Shown: positions 23,701-35,899 of the stretch, in pieces
How positions within the stretch are numbered: the stretch's first letter is position 1
Layout: each line of letters starts with the position of its first letter
Notes under the pieces: generated by a model
Seen by the model: the letters and a program-made list of their open reading frames with translations, nothing else
What the model was told of the DNA's origin: nothing
Databases searched by the model: none
Program-made: the position numbers and the translations under genes
NCBI GenBank assembly: GCA_038087875.1
Contig: CM075995.1
Span: 994,001 to 1,058,000 of the forward strand
Source: Malacoraja senta
Lineage: Eukaryota
DNA length: 64,000 bases
Direction of reading: 5' to 3'

Positions 23701-25485
23701 TGACTTGTTTCCATCCAGACTCAATCACCAGTTACAGAGATATGTGTTATGGGACTATATCGGGAGACAGTAGCGATGGATGTTTCTCGCTATATTAGGA
23801 TGGTATGTTGTTATATGCATTTTACTTCATCCTGTCTCATAAATCGGTGTCTGCTTAAAACAAAGCAGTATGCTGCCTCTGGGGTATTCGTGGTACCAGA
23901 CGGGTCTACGCAGCCATGGTTCCCTTTGATATTGGAATTTATGACACAGTTTCTGATAAATGTTCCCAAAAGAAGGAAGTTACTGGTGTATTCAATAATT
24001 GGAGAGTAACATCCATAATATGCCTGTATGGATGCAGGTTTTAAAAAAGAGGATTGTCTGGGCATGCTGTGACCATGCTTACAGCAGTCTGGCGGAAGAG
24101 TACTCAAAAGCAGTACATTTGTGAATCTGAGTTGTGACTCTGTAAATACTGCTTTCCCATTATGTAAAGAATGAGGTGAAAAAAATTCTGTGTATAAAAG
24201 AATATGGAATGTTGTACGGCACATGTTTCAAATATCTTGGATTGACCTCTATTTAATGGGTTGAGGTATAGTGCGATTTATTCACACAGAAGTATATTAT
24301 TCCTCGTTTTTATTTGATGAGGTTGGAAAGACATCCTGTTGAGTCTCGTTCTTTTATTTCCAGATTAATGAAAGGAATTTTAATTCCAGACCTTCTAAAC
24401 CTAGGAGGGAATCTGGAATATAGAATTGTTTTAAGCTTCTGATTTGGCCAAGTTCAGCATGAAGGTAGTCATGTTTATGGCACTTGTAACATTACAAAGT
24501 TACAGATACACAGAAGTACCTCAGGATTATGTTATGTTTTACATTTTATGAACTACTCAAATGAAGTAGGATCAGGTGTGACATGATTCAAGATTGTTTT
24601 ATTAACATATTCTATGGATCCATGTCTATATGTTAAGACATATTTATTGCAAAAAAATGAGGCTACAAAGATCTTATGAAATATGAAAACAAGATTGTTT
24701 ATCATTCACGAAAAACCATACAAGATAGTGTCAGTTTAGACTATTTTAAGATGGTTAAAAACAAGTTTTAGTTGCTGCACGTGTGAACATTGATGGTTTT
24801 ACATTCCATTCAGTTTAGCAGCAACTTTGACGACCAGGGCGAAGGAAGTCCCGTCGATCATATTCTCACAGCCACCGGGTGATCTAATGAGTTGGTGTTT
24901 CAACACTTTTACCATCGGGCTATTGCCAATACGGGGCTGTTTGCAGATACTATATTAAGTTCTGCTTAATTTTCCCTGGGTTAAAGGGGATACTATTAAT
25001 TATTTTATTCAAATAAATGAATTACTGCATTTGTGGTACAAATGTTATTATTAATGCATTATTGAATATTCTCGTTCCGAGTCAATCAATGCAGTGAGAA
25101 GCCGGGATTTGTCTGCGGCATGAAATCACAAAGCTTTAAAATCTTCACGTAGTCACTCATGTGACTCCGAAGTAAAATAGTAAGATTAAACGAGAACTTA
25201 CCTAGGTTTGAAGTTTGATCTTTATTTTATGAGGAGTTACGTTGGTGATTACGTGCCCACCACGACCCAACCCTCTATCATAAAGGTCAGATGGAAGTTC
25301 TTGTATTACTCGTTTTATTATGATACTATATTACTTCGCTTGTTGTTTTTTGTGATTTCACACCGCTGCTTCGAAGATTGACGCGCAGGCGCACTGGCGG
25401 GGTTCTTCACGTAATCACCAAAGTAACACCTCATAAAATAAAGATCAAACTTCAAACTTAGGTAAGTTCTCGTTTAATCTTACTA
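20748..25485 (+). mobile_element. DIRS1-type retrotransposon, highly decayed coding region, intact terminal structure (copy B), inserted in a CR1 3' fragment
   Basis: Left end TTTTAATTCGGAGTCACGTGAG. ICR at about 25142-25255 is the reverse complement of the joined right and left ends. Right ITR and extension at about 25379-25485. gag remnant LLCSAHFKMNCFRKYAIRSTINPK is shared with copy A. Confidence 0.9.
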
Positions 25486-26523
25486 TTCTTGATTTGTACA
25501 GGTGTCAGAGGTTATGGGGAGAAGGCAGGATAATGCGGTTAGGAGGGAGAGATAGATCAGCCATGATTTAATGGCGGACTAATTCTGCTCCTATCCCTTA
25601 TGACATGACCATACAAGCTCCCATTCACTGCAGAAGTGTTGAAGACACACTGACTTGTTGTTGCAGGTAACAACTTTTTCCTGGCAGAATTCCCAGAATT
25701 GAGAACCAAGATAAGGAAAAACATCAAGCATGGTCTGGGACATTAGTCATCTCTATACTCAGCTGCTTTATTTATTGATGTTAAAATGATATGTTGTCGC
25801 CCGTGTTTACTATATGGTATCTGGCTAATCTCTTCGGTTGGATGCAGATATTGCTCACTATCTTGGCCAAATGTGTAAAGGTGTGCGTTTGGCTTCAATA
25901 AAACATACCAGATGTAAGAGTCATCTAATAATAGTTGTTTTCCAGGTCTCAAAATCGTCTTTACTCATGTTTCCCTGTTACTCAGTTAGAAAATATTAAT
26001 TAGCACGATACAATCAACTGGTGAATCTATTTTCACTGAGCAACCTGACTAACTGCTGGTCACAATTTGGACCATAAATACATAACAATGTGGTCAAAGA
26101 TATGTGTTCTTATTTTAATAAAATTCCCTAATCCATTCTTGAACAATAATATAAACAATATGGAATCATATTGACGCCTTTTGCCTACAGCTGAAGATGT
26201 TTTCACTTGGATTTCTAAGAAGATTAAACAGTCGAGTATTAAGTAATTAGATCTCTTAAGTGGTATTATGAGGTGGATGTTTAAGGGACTGTAAAACGTC
26301 AGTACCTATTCTTAGAAAATATATACTTGTAAATTAAGTTAATAGTGTAGCTATTCATAATTTGTTAAATGCTATATATACAACATGTGTACTTTATGTA
26401 AATATAGTTGTATCAGAATAAATGACTGCCCTAGATTTTCTTCTATCCTTAGTGTCATGTTCATCAATGCATTAATACTTGGTCATTAGTAATATTCATC
26501 CATGAATGTATATCTGAATGTAT

Positions 26524-26825
26524 TGGGCGGCACAGTGGAGCAGTGGTAGAGTCACTGCCTTACAGCGCCAGAGACCCAGGTTCGATTCTGATTATGGGTG
26601 CTGTCTGTACATTTATATGTTCTTTCTGTGACCATGTCAGTTTTCTCTGGGGGGTTCGGTTTCTTCCCACACTCTACAAGACCTACAGGTTTGTAGGTTA
26701 ATTGGCTTCTGTAAATTGTAAATTGTCCCATATGTGTAGGATAGTGCTTGTATACAAGGTAACTGCTGGTCGGCCCGGACCCGGTGGGCCTGTTTCCATG
26801 CTGTATCTCTAAAGTCTAAAATCTA
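26524..26825 (+). mobile_element. HE1-type SINE
   Basis: GGGCGGCACAGTGG head, B-box-like GGTTCGATTC, tail TGTATCTCTAAAGTCTAAA. Confidence 0.88.
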
Positions 26826-28922
26826 AAATTTCTGCTTTCCTCTTTCCCAATGCTGGGTGATGTGAAAGTGTTCTCAAAGCTTGCCTAAAGATCCTCCAGG
26901 TTAATTTCTCCATGTTACCTCTGCTCCTTTTCCTCAACAGCCACCACCTTTGATGTGTGAGAATCCCCAGGGCATACAGCATAAGCGGAGACCCACAGCC
27001 ATCAGTTCAATGTCCATGGCCACACACACGCTCCTTCACCGTGATGTGACCAGAGTTGTACCAACCGCTGTTACTCTCTGAAATCCCTGTCCACCCGAAC
27101 AGTCAAAGTCATCCACACTTGCACCAGATTCATGGATGTACTCATGGAGCGATGTCCTCTTAAACATTGAGATCACTGCACTCACGGCACTCTCTCCGAG
27201 TCCCCACCAGTACAGGCAGCACGTCCATCTTGTTTTTTTCAGCGGCCTCACATTCCCCACTGTGATGGAAGGCAAATAACATACCTTCTTTCCTCCTTTT
27301 CTCCCGCAGTCGGGGCAATCGAAACATCCGCAGTCGAGGCGATCGCAGCTCCCACAGTCGGCGATCGAAGCCCCCGCATTGGGCCGGACGAAGCCCCTGC
27401 GATTGGGGCGGTCGAAGCTCCTGCAGTTGGAACTCCCGCAGTCGATCCCTAACAAAGGGACCGCCAGCTCCATGATGTTGTGCCGCAGTGCGGACGGAGA
27501 TACAACACGGAAAAAGTCACATCTCCGTCGAGGAAAGAAATTTAAAAAAGTTCCCCCACCCCCCCCCCCCCCCCCACATAATACAAAACTAAAAGTACAC
27601 TAAAACATACAAGTAAAAAAAAGAAGAAAGGGAGAAGACAGGCTGTTGGCGAGGCTGCCATGTACGTTGTCACCCGGTGCAAAATATAAATGTGATGCAA
27701 AGATTAAATGTAATCTAAATATCTTTATACGCGGATGATATATTACTGTACATTACAAAACCTCAAATCACTATACCAAATATATTAAATTTAATTGAAG
27801 ATTTTGGATCTTTTTCTGGATATAGAATAAATTGGAATAAAAGTGAAATTATGTCAATAAAACCGAAAGATTCATCACATCTTTTAAAATTCCCTTTTAA
27901 AATAGCTACAGAAAAATTTAAATATTTGGGAATTGAAATTACCAGATCATATCAAGGTATGTTTAGGACAAATTTTGACCCCTTACTTAATAAATTAAAC
28001 ACACTAATTAAATTCTGGAAAACGCTCCCAATGTCTTTAATAGGCCGAATAAACGCAATAAAAATGATCTTTTTACCACAAATTTTATACCTATTTCAAT
28101 CAATTCCTATATACTTACCAAAGAAGTTTTTTAAAAAACTCGACTCGGATATCACTAATTTTATATGGGACTATAAATCACATAGAATACAAAAAACTAA
28201 TCTGAATAAACCTAAAGTATTAGGGGGTTTAGCACTACCTAATTTTATGTATTATTATTGGTCAGTAAATATTAAAAATATGATTCAACTGATGGATAAC
28301 TCCGCCCAGCAAGCGGACTGGATTGTAATGGAGAAAGAGGATTGCTCCTCTAGAAACATTGGAGCGATCCTCCTCTCTCCAATGAAATTGAATAACATAA
28401 ATTATAATAAGAACCCAATTATTCATAGTACAATCCGAATTTGGAAACAAATAAAACAAAATTTAAAATTAAGAAATTTATCACTTTTATTACCTATAGT
28501 CAATAACCCTTCGTTTGATCCTTCTATTATAGATAAAGCTTATACACAATGGGATAGATTAGGAATTAAAACGCTTGGTGACTTGTATGAAACTGGAAAA
28601 TTACTTTCATTTCAACAATTACAAATAAAATATAAACTCGGAAATAATCAATATTTTAAATATTTTCAAATATGCGACTATTTGAAAAAATATACAAAAG
28701 ATCATCATAATAACCCAGCAGATGTACTGGACGAGGCAATGCAGATAAAAGCGGAATCAGCAAACTTAATATCATATTTGTATAATATTATCTTAAATGC
28801 ACAAATACCATCTACGGAGGGTATCAGAAGAGACTGGGAACAAGAGTTAGCTATTAAAATTTCAAAGGAAAGTTGGAATGAATACTTTTTAAACGTGCAT
28901 AAATGCTCGATTAATGTAAGAC

Positions 28923-31852
28923 GCTAGGCTAAACGCGAACCCTCACAAACCGGCAGTGCCTACAGTCATGTTGGCAAATGTCCGCTCCCTCGACAACAAG
29001 ATGGACTACCTCAGAGCGTGGAGAGCCTCCCAACGAAGCGTGAAGAACTGCTGTGTCTACGTCCTAACGGAGACCTGGCTGAATCAGAACATCACAGACG
29101 CTGCGATCCAGTTGGAGGGACTTATGCTATACAGAGCTGATAGAGTAGCTTCGCTAGCTGGTAAGGCAAGAGGAGGGGGGCTGGCTGTATATGTGAACAG
29201 ATCATGGTGCCGGGATGCTGTGATGACTTCCACTTACTGCTCACCCCATGTAGAGCTAATGACTGTGAAATGCCGACCCTTCTACTTACCCAGGGAGCTA
29301 ACGGCAGTCTTCATAACGGCCGTCTATGTACCACCGAGCGCGGACGTGAAGGATGCTATGACAGAACTCTATAACAACATCAGTGAGCAGCAGAGGGAAC
29401 ATCCAGATGCTTTCTTCATGGCAGCTGGGGATTTCAACCAGGCAAGTCTTACATCTGTTCTGCCTAAATTTTACCAGCATGTGAACATTGCAACCAGGGG
29501 AAAGAACAAACTAGATCTGGTGTACACCAACATTAAAGATGCATATAGAGCAGCCCCCCTCCCCCATATCGGCAACTCTGACCACCTGGCGGTTATGCTC
29601 ACACCTGCATACAGACCCAGGGTGAAACAGGACAGGCCAACGGTCAAAGAAGTCAGAACATGGCCACAGGGAGCTACCGCAGCACTGCAAGACTGTTTTG
29701 AAACCACACAGTGGGCCATTTTCAGGGAGGCAGCAACAGATGACAGTAGCATCAACCTCCAAGAATACACAGAATCCGTCATCGGCTACATCAATAAATG
29801 CATTGATGATGTAACGGTGGTAAAAACCATTAGGAGGCGTGCCAATCAGAAACCTTGGCTAACTGGGGAAGTGTGTTCCCTACTGAGAATCCGGAATGCT
29901 GCATTCAAATCTGGGGACAACGCAGCATACAAACTGGCAAGGTGTAACCTATCCCGGGGGATCAGGGAAGCGAAGAGGCTGTATGGACAAAAACTAAACA
30001 GCCACTTCGCAAATGACAAAGACACACGTCGCTTGTGGCAGGGATTTCATACCATCACGGGCTACAAGCCCCCCCCGCTGCGGATATGCCAAAACGACCC
30101 CTCTCTACCAGATGAACTGAACGAGTTCTACGCACGGTTTGAGGTTGGAAACACCACCCAGACACGTGCACTACTGCCATCTCCCAGTGACCAGTCGCTC
30201 AGGCTGTCCGCAGCCGGAGTTAAAAAGGCCTTTGCCAGCATCAACCCACGCAAAGCTGCAGGGCCGGACAACATTCCTGGATGCGTCTTAAGAGACTGCG
30301 CCGAGCAACTGAAAGATGTTTTCACAGACATTTTTAACATCTCACTCAGCCAGGCAGTAGTGCCCAACTGTCTTAAGAGTGCCACCATCGTCCCTGTCCC
30401 GAAGAAACCAAACCCAGCCTGCCATAATGACTTTCGACCAGTGGCTCTAACACCCATAGTAATGAAGTGTTTTGAGCGACTGGTTATGCAGCATATCAAA
30501 AATAGTCTACCTGCCGACCTAGACCCACTGCAGTTCGCCTACAGAGCCAACCGATCCACAGAGGACGCAGTCTCAACAACACTGAACCTCGTACTGTCAC
30601 ACCTTGATCGGAAAAATACTTATGCCAGGATCCTCTTCATAGACTTCAGCTCTGCTTTTAATACAATCATTCCGCAGCAGTTGGTGGAGAAGTTGGAGCT
30701 ATTGGGAGTTGATGCTGGCACATGTAACTGGGTCCTGAACTTTCTGTCGCAACGGCAGCAGACAGTCAGGGTGGGCAGTAGGACATCAAAAACCATAGCC
30801 GTGAGCACTGGCTCGCCCCAAGGCTGTGTCCTAAGCCCCCTGCTGTTTAGTCTGCTAACACACGACTGTACTGCTAGACTCAACAACAACTTCATCAACA
30901 AGTTCGCTGATGACACAACAGTGGTGGGTCTCATCAGTGACAATGATGAGTCGGCGTACAGGATGGAGGTGGAGCTGCTCACAGGATGGTGCAAATCCCA
31001 CAACCTCATTCTCAACGTGGGAAAAACGAAGGAGATGGTGGTTGACTTCAGGAGGGCGGGAAAACAACACCATACACCTCTGCACATCGATGGAGCTGAT
31101 GTGGAAAGGGTCAACAGCGTGAAGTTCCTAGGACTCCACCTGTCAGATGACCTGACGTCCACGACCAACACCACAGCACTGGTCAAGAGAGCCCAGCAGC
31201 GACTACACCCTCTCCGAAGACTACGTAAAGCAGGTCTCCCCACTACACACCTACGAACTTTTTATAGGGGGACAATCGAGAGCACATTAACCTACGGCAT
31301 CACTTCCTGGTTCGGGAGCTGCAAGGCGTACGAACGGCACCAACTAGACAGGATTGTGAAGACCGCCAGCAGGATTATTGGTGCTCCACTCCCTTTCCTG
31401 CTGGACATATACAGGAAGAGATGTATCAGCAGAGCCATCTCCATCATCAAAGACCCCTACCACCTATCCCATCACATATTCTCCATCCTGCCATCTGGGA
31501 AGAGGTACCGGAGCATTAGGTGCAAAACCAGCAGGATGTTCCTCAGCTTCTTCCCGCAGGTTATAAGACTGATAAACGGACTTTGTCCCCTGCCAAAGTA
31601 TCGTGCACCAACCACCAACCTGGACACACTGCAGCAGAGCCACTGTCGTGCCGCTGCCGATCAGAACGCCTGTTGATGTTTAGTAGAGTAGAGTGTTAAT
31701 TTGTTCATGATATATGTATTTTTACTTCTATTTATTTTTACTGCACACACTGAAATGGACACTGGTTGAGGAACGTTTTTTTGTTTCCTCTGGGTATGCG
31801 AATACTCAGGAAATAACAATAAAGATATACAATACAATACAATACAATACAA
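28923..31852 (+). mobile_element. Rex1/Babar-type LINE with (TACAA)n tail and AAGAC target duplication
   Basis: AAGAC at 28918-28922 and 31853-31857; removing the insert restores the host L1 frame (CSINVR|HTLIQFKILHR). AATAAA precedes the pentamer tail. Confidence 0.92.
28956..31676 (+). CDS. Uninterrupted APE endonuclease + reverse transcriptase ORF of the Rex1/Babar LINE (906 aa; frame open from 28923)
   Basis: LANVRSLDNK, LTETWL, AGDFN, SDH; KAAGPDNI, DFRPVALT, DFSSAFNTI, GSPQGCVLSPLLF, KFADD. No stop codons. Confidence 0.93.
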   Translation: MPTVMLANVRSLDNKMDYLRAWRASQRSVKNCCVYVLTETWLNQNITDAAIQLEGLMLYRADRVASLAGKARGGGLAVYVNRSWCRDAVMTSTYCSPHVELMTVKCRPFYLPRELTAVFITAVYVPPSADVKDAMTELYNNISEQQREHPDAFFMAAGDFNQASLTSVLPKFYQHVNIATRGKNKLDLVYTNIKDAYRAAPLPHIGNSDHLAVMLTPAYRPRVKQDRPTVKEVRTWPQGATAALQDCFETTQWAIFREAATDDSSINLQEYTESVIGYINKCIDDVTVVKTIRRRANQKPWLTGEVCSLLRIRNAAFKSGDNAAYKLARCNLSRGIREAKRLYGQKLNSHFANDKDTRRLWQGFHTITGYKPPPLRICQNDPSLPDELNEFYARFEVGNTTQTRALLPSPSDQSLRLSAAGVKKAFASINPRKAAGPDNIPGCVLRDCAEQLKDVFTDIFNISLSQAVVPNCLKSATIVPVPKKPNPACHNDFRPVALTPIVMKCFERLVMQHIKNSLPADLDPLQFAYRANRSTEDAVSTTLNLVLSHLDRKNTYARILFIDFSSAFNTIIPQQLVEKLELLGVDAGTCNWVLNFLSQRQQTVRVGSRTSKTIAVSTGSPQGCVLSPLLFSLLTHDCTARLNNNFINKFADDTTVVGLISDNDESAYRMEVELLTGWCKSHNLILNVGKTKEMVVDFRRAGKQHHTPLHIDGADVERVNSVKFLGLHLSDDLTSTTNTTALVKRAQQRLHPLRRLRKAGLPTTHLRTFYRGTIESTLTYGITSWFGSCKAYERHQLDRIVKTASRIIGAPLPFLLDIYRKRCISRAISIIKDPYHLSHHIFSILPSGKRYRSIRCKTSRMFLSFFPQVIRLINGLCPLPKYRAPTTNLDTLQQSHCRAAADQNAC

Positions 31853-32867
31853 AAGACACACTTTAATACAATTTAAAATTTTACATAGATTATATTATTC
31901 GAAAACTAAAATTCATAAAATTTTCCCAAATGTATCATCTATTTGTGATAAATGTCAATCCCAAGAAGCTACCATAACGCACTCATTCGTTTCATGTACA
32001 AAAATTCAAAAATTTTGGAATGAAATTTTTGAAATCTTTACAAAGTTATTTAAAACAAGACTGATACCCAAAGCAGAATGGATTATCTTCGGTATAACGG
32101 AAGATGGTCCAGAACTAAATGTGTTTCAAAAGAAACTAATGGACTATGGGTTAATAACTGGAAAAAAGCTAATTCTAAAATTTTGGAAGAAGGCTCCAAT
32201 ACCATCTATAAATATGTGGATTTCAAATATGTTTGAAACATTACACCTAGAAGAGATAAGACTCCTCCTAGCAGGTAAACCAGATCATTTCCACCTGACG
32301 TGGTCTGCATTTATAGAATTATTACAAACACAGGGTGCAAAAGTACTTTAAAAAAAAAAAAATTGAGGTCAGGTAAGGCGGGATGATAGTTGAAGAGTTG
32401 CTATGTCCCATTTACGTAATGCTCATAAAAATATTTGTTTCTCTCTTTTTCCTCTTTCTCTCTTTCTTTCTTTCCTAGGCTCTATTTCTTAACTCTTTTT
32501 CTTTTGTTTTTAATTTTGCTCTTATAGGGTCTTCGTCCTTTTTTGTTGTCACATTTCCTACACTTTCACTTTTTCCTTCACTTTCTTCTTTCTTTCAATC
32601 TTTTCCTTTTCTAGTGTAAAAAATAAATGGAGTACATTAATTGTAAGAAGATATAAATGACAAGTACTAATGTATGTGGTTGTAATGTAATGTACTTCTA
32701 ATAAAATACAAATTTAAAAAAAAAAAGATTAAATGTAATCTGGCTAAAAAATAGGTATCAAAATGGTGACAAGGACATCGGGGATATTCATGAAGGCGAA
32801 AATTTACAGTTTAATGTCTGCTTTAATATGGAGAAAAACCCAGAGAACCCAGAAAACCCAACAAGTT

Positions 32868-33165
32868 TGGGCGGCACAGTGGCGCAGCGGTAGAGTTGCT
32901 GCCTTACAGCGCCAGATACCTGGGTTTGATCCTGACCACGGGTGCTTGTCTGTACGGAGTTTGTACGTTCTCCCCGTGACCTGCATGTGTTTTCTCCGAG
33001 ATCTTCTGTTTCCTCCCACACTCCAAAGACGTACTGGTTTGTAGGTTAGTTGGCTTGGTATAAATGAAAAACTGTCCCTAATATGCGGGGATCGCTGGTC
33101 GGGGCAGACTCGGTGGTCCAAAGGGCCTGTTTCCGCGCTGCATCTCTAAACTAAACTAGACTAAA
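32868..33165 (+). mobile_element. HE1-type SINE
   Basis: Head GGGCGGCACAGTGGCGCAGCGGTAGAG and (CTAAA)n tail. Confidence 0.9.
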
Positions 33166-33188
33166 GACTCAAGAAATGTTCTTATCAA

Positions 33189-33320
33189 TTTATTACAAAG
33201 TTTTGACATTCAATATGAAAGACTTTATATATTAATTATTCTTTGAAAAAACGAAGATGTTATATAAATGTAAACTTAGCCAATAAAGAATAACCTACAT
33301 ACACTTCATGGATATTTATT
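33189..33320 (-). promoter_or_regulatory. Candidate LRIT3 polyadenylation signals (AATAAA at 33315-33320 and 33189-33194)
   Basis: Two minus-strand AATAAA hexamers shortly after the stop codon, in AT-rich sequence; unverified. Confidence 0.35.
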
Positions 33321-33345
33321 ACACTGTACATCGGTGCATCACAAA

Positions 33346-34394
33346 TTAGCAAAGGTACTCGGACCTGGAACTGTCACTTTTGAAGGTTATTTGTGAATCA
33401 ATGCTGGATCTTGAGAGTAATAGTCTTTGTGATTCAGTATCACGACGAGTCCACAGTTTATTCTCTCTCATGTGTAGCTCTGGTTTGAAGGACACTCTTT
33501 CAAATTGTATGTAGGAATCTTTAATGAGCTCTTGTTCTGCTGGTTCTTTCTTTTTGCAATGGGCTTTAATGGCCACAGAACACAGTGCAAAAATGACACC
33601 TATTCCAGAAACACACCCTACACCAATAGCAATAATGATCAGTTGTGATTGATGCCTCCCTGTGCTGATTTCTCCTTCTGTTGAGAAAATGATACATTGT
33701 TCTTTTTTGGGTTGGGTTCCCTTTGGACACACACACACTGTGTACTTTGTGCTGTGTGTCAGTCCTCCAATGGAGATTTTGCTTGTGCCAGGTTCGACAT
33801 TCATTTTCCGCACATGCTTATCACCATATTTTGAGTAGAGTACATTCAAGGCTGTACTGCTTAAATAATCTGAAGCTTTCCAGGTCACAAGGACTTTCTG
33901 ATCCGTCTCATTGATCACTCGCAGATTTTTAATGATAACATTTTGTTCGGTTGTTACCGTGGCATTCACAAATGCATTTTCTTTCTTGTTTTCATTGGCT
34001 TGCTGGGTTACTTTGTTTGAATCTCCCTCCACTTGCATCTTAGGAAGCTTCTTTTCATCCGCCATAGCCTTGGCTTGGTCCACAGGTGGGACCTTTCTCT
34101 TATCCCCAGCGGTAGTGGAGGTGGATGATGGAGCTTCAGTCGTCAAGGATCCCATCTTTCGTTCCACATTCACTTGAACTGAATTATTTTTCTCCAAAGT
34201 AAGTTTGTTTACAAGGGCCTTCCTTTGAGGGAGAGCTGTGGTAACGGTTCCTACAACAGTAAGACTGATTGATGCTTCTGCAGTTCCTGCCAAGTTTTTT
34301 GCTTTACATCTGTATTCACCAGCATCCTTGTAGGAAATGCCCGTCAAACTTATTATCGACCATCGCGTCCCATCTGCTGGTGATTCTTGTATGA
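33346..34394 (-). CDS. LRIT3: LRIT3 last coding exon (end of Ig domain, linker, FN3, transmembrane helix, cytoplasmic tail)
   Basis: Acceptor ttcttcccttcAG, then (V)IQESPADGTRWSIISLTGISYKDAGEYRCKAKNLAG...CVCPKGTQPKKEQCIIFSTE...TM...YIQFE...LWTRR...SRSSIDSQITFKSDSSRSEYLC*. Matches recalled human LRIT3 (VIQESPEEGVRWSIMSLTG...SRSSVESQVTFKSEGSRPEYYC). Phase 1 is compatible with the upstream exon. Confidence 0.96.
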
Positions 34395-34628
34395 CTGAAG
34401 GGAAGAATATTTTAAATATTGTGTAAAAAATTATTAACGCAATAAAATATTACCCAGTTGAATACATTTTTCATTGGGATTTTCCATGCAAGGACTTTAG
34501 TAGTTCTATAATTAAATGCTACTGAACCAGAGTAAACTCTAAACCAAACAAAATTAAACTAAATGAAATGTACCCTTATTAATAAACAAATTCTTAGATT
34601 TGACCTGCCAAATCATATTATTTCACTT

Positions 34629-34853
34629 AAGATAGGCATAAAATGCAAGAGTAACTCAGCGGGTTAGGCAGCATCTCTGGAGAAAAAGGATGGGTGATGT
34701 TTTGGATCTGGACCCTTCTAGGTTGATGGTCTGAAGAAGTGTCTCAACCCGAAAAGTCACCCATACATTTTCTCCAGAGATGCTGCCTGACCCGTTAAGT
34801 TAATCCAGCATTTTGTGTCTCTCTTCAATATAAACTAGCAACTGCAGTTCCTT
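34629..34853. repeat. Palindromic Penelope-type terminal repeat in the LRIT3 last intron
   Basis: Same inverted repeat family as 742-996; CTGAAGA...GAAA core at about 34730-34760. Confidence 0.75.
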
Positions 34854-35378
34854 TCAACACATATTATTTCACTAACTAAATTTGCAATTTAAAAACAATT
34901 CTAAGTCCGTGGCAATACAATAATGAAAGAATAAATTAATTTTAAGCAATCTGGTTAATAAATATTATCACAATTATATAGATTGGAAAGGCATATGCAG
35001 CATTCAAGGTCATGTACTTCAAGGTTTTGAGAGTCATTTAATTCAATAGCAATAATAACTTTGACCTTGCTGACCAAATCTAGCTCCTTTTACAATTTTA
35101 TACAACTATGGCGTAGTTCTTCACAGGAGCTGCTCCTCTGGCTAAATGCAACCTAATTCTGTACACTAAACTTAGCCGCAGAGATGTTGATCAGTCATGA
35201 AAGCTTTAACAATGAAAGTCACTCCACCTTGAAAAAATGAAACACATGGTCTATGGTAACCATCAGTGAGTGTGATTAGTGTTTCTCACAGGGAAATGTG
35301 CTTGCCATTTATCTTTCTCCTAACTGTGCTACCTAGCCTCTGCTAGTCCACATCTCATTCTGGAATCCAGCATATATC

Positions 35379-35650
35379 AGGTGGCACGGTGGCGCAGTGG
35401 TAGAGTTGCTGCCTTACAGCGTTTGCAGTGACGGAGACCCGGGTTCAATCCCAACTGTGGGTGCTGTCTGTACGGAGTTTGTACGTTCTCCCCATGACCG
35501 CGTAGATTTTTCTCCAAGATCTTCGGTTTCCTCCCATACTCCAAAGACGTATAGGTTTGCAGTTTAATTGGGTTGGTGTAAGTGTAAATTGTCCCTGGTG
35601 TGTGTAGGGTAGTGTTAATGTGCATGGATCACTGGTCGGTGCGGACAGAG
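35379..35650 (+). mobile_element. HE1-type SINE
   Basis: Same head and core as the other copies; tail truncated. Confidence 0.85.
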
Positions 35651-35899
35651 TTAGGACAGTTTTTATTATGAACACTTTGTGTGGTGTTATTGAAAATAAC
35701 TGAACTCCTACTGTTATAATTAGACAATAATGTAAAGCCTTATAATGAAAAACTACATGAAAAGTTTATTTTAATAAGCACAGAATATATTTGTTGCAAA
35801 CTATTAACCACCCCTATTTTATATGGTGGGAGAATTTCATTTTCAGTCTGGCATACTCGTTTTATGGAGATTTAGATTCTGATTGTGAAAAACACTAGC

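Larger units (their letters stand above)
27717..32723 (+). mobile_element. 5'-truncated L1-clade LINE (ORF2 from YADD to C-terminal CCHC region, 3'UTR, polyA), 18-bp TSD, interrupted by a Rex1 element
   Basis: TSD AAAGATTAAATGTAATCT at 27699-27716 and 32724-32741. Motifs ISLYADDILLY, KFKYLGI, GRINAIKMIFLP, GGLALPNF and CDKC...HSFVSC. AATAAA at 32700 followed by an A-tail. Confidence 0.93.

Noticed and set aside
32868..32940. tRNA genes at SINE heads
   Set aside because: The A/B boxes belong to tRNA-derived HE1 SINEs and continue into the SINE core and LINE-type tail.
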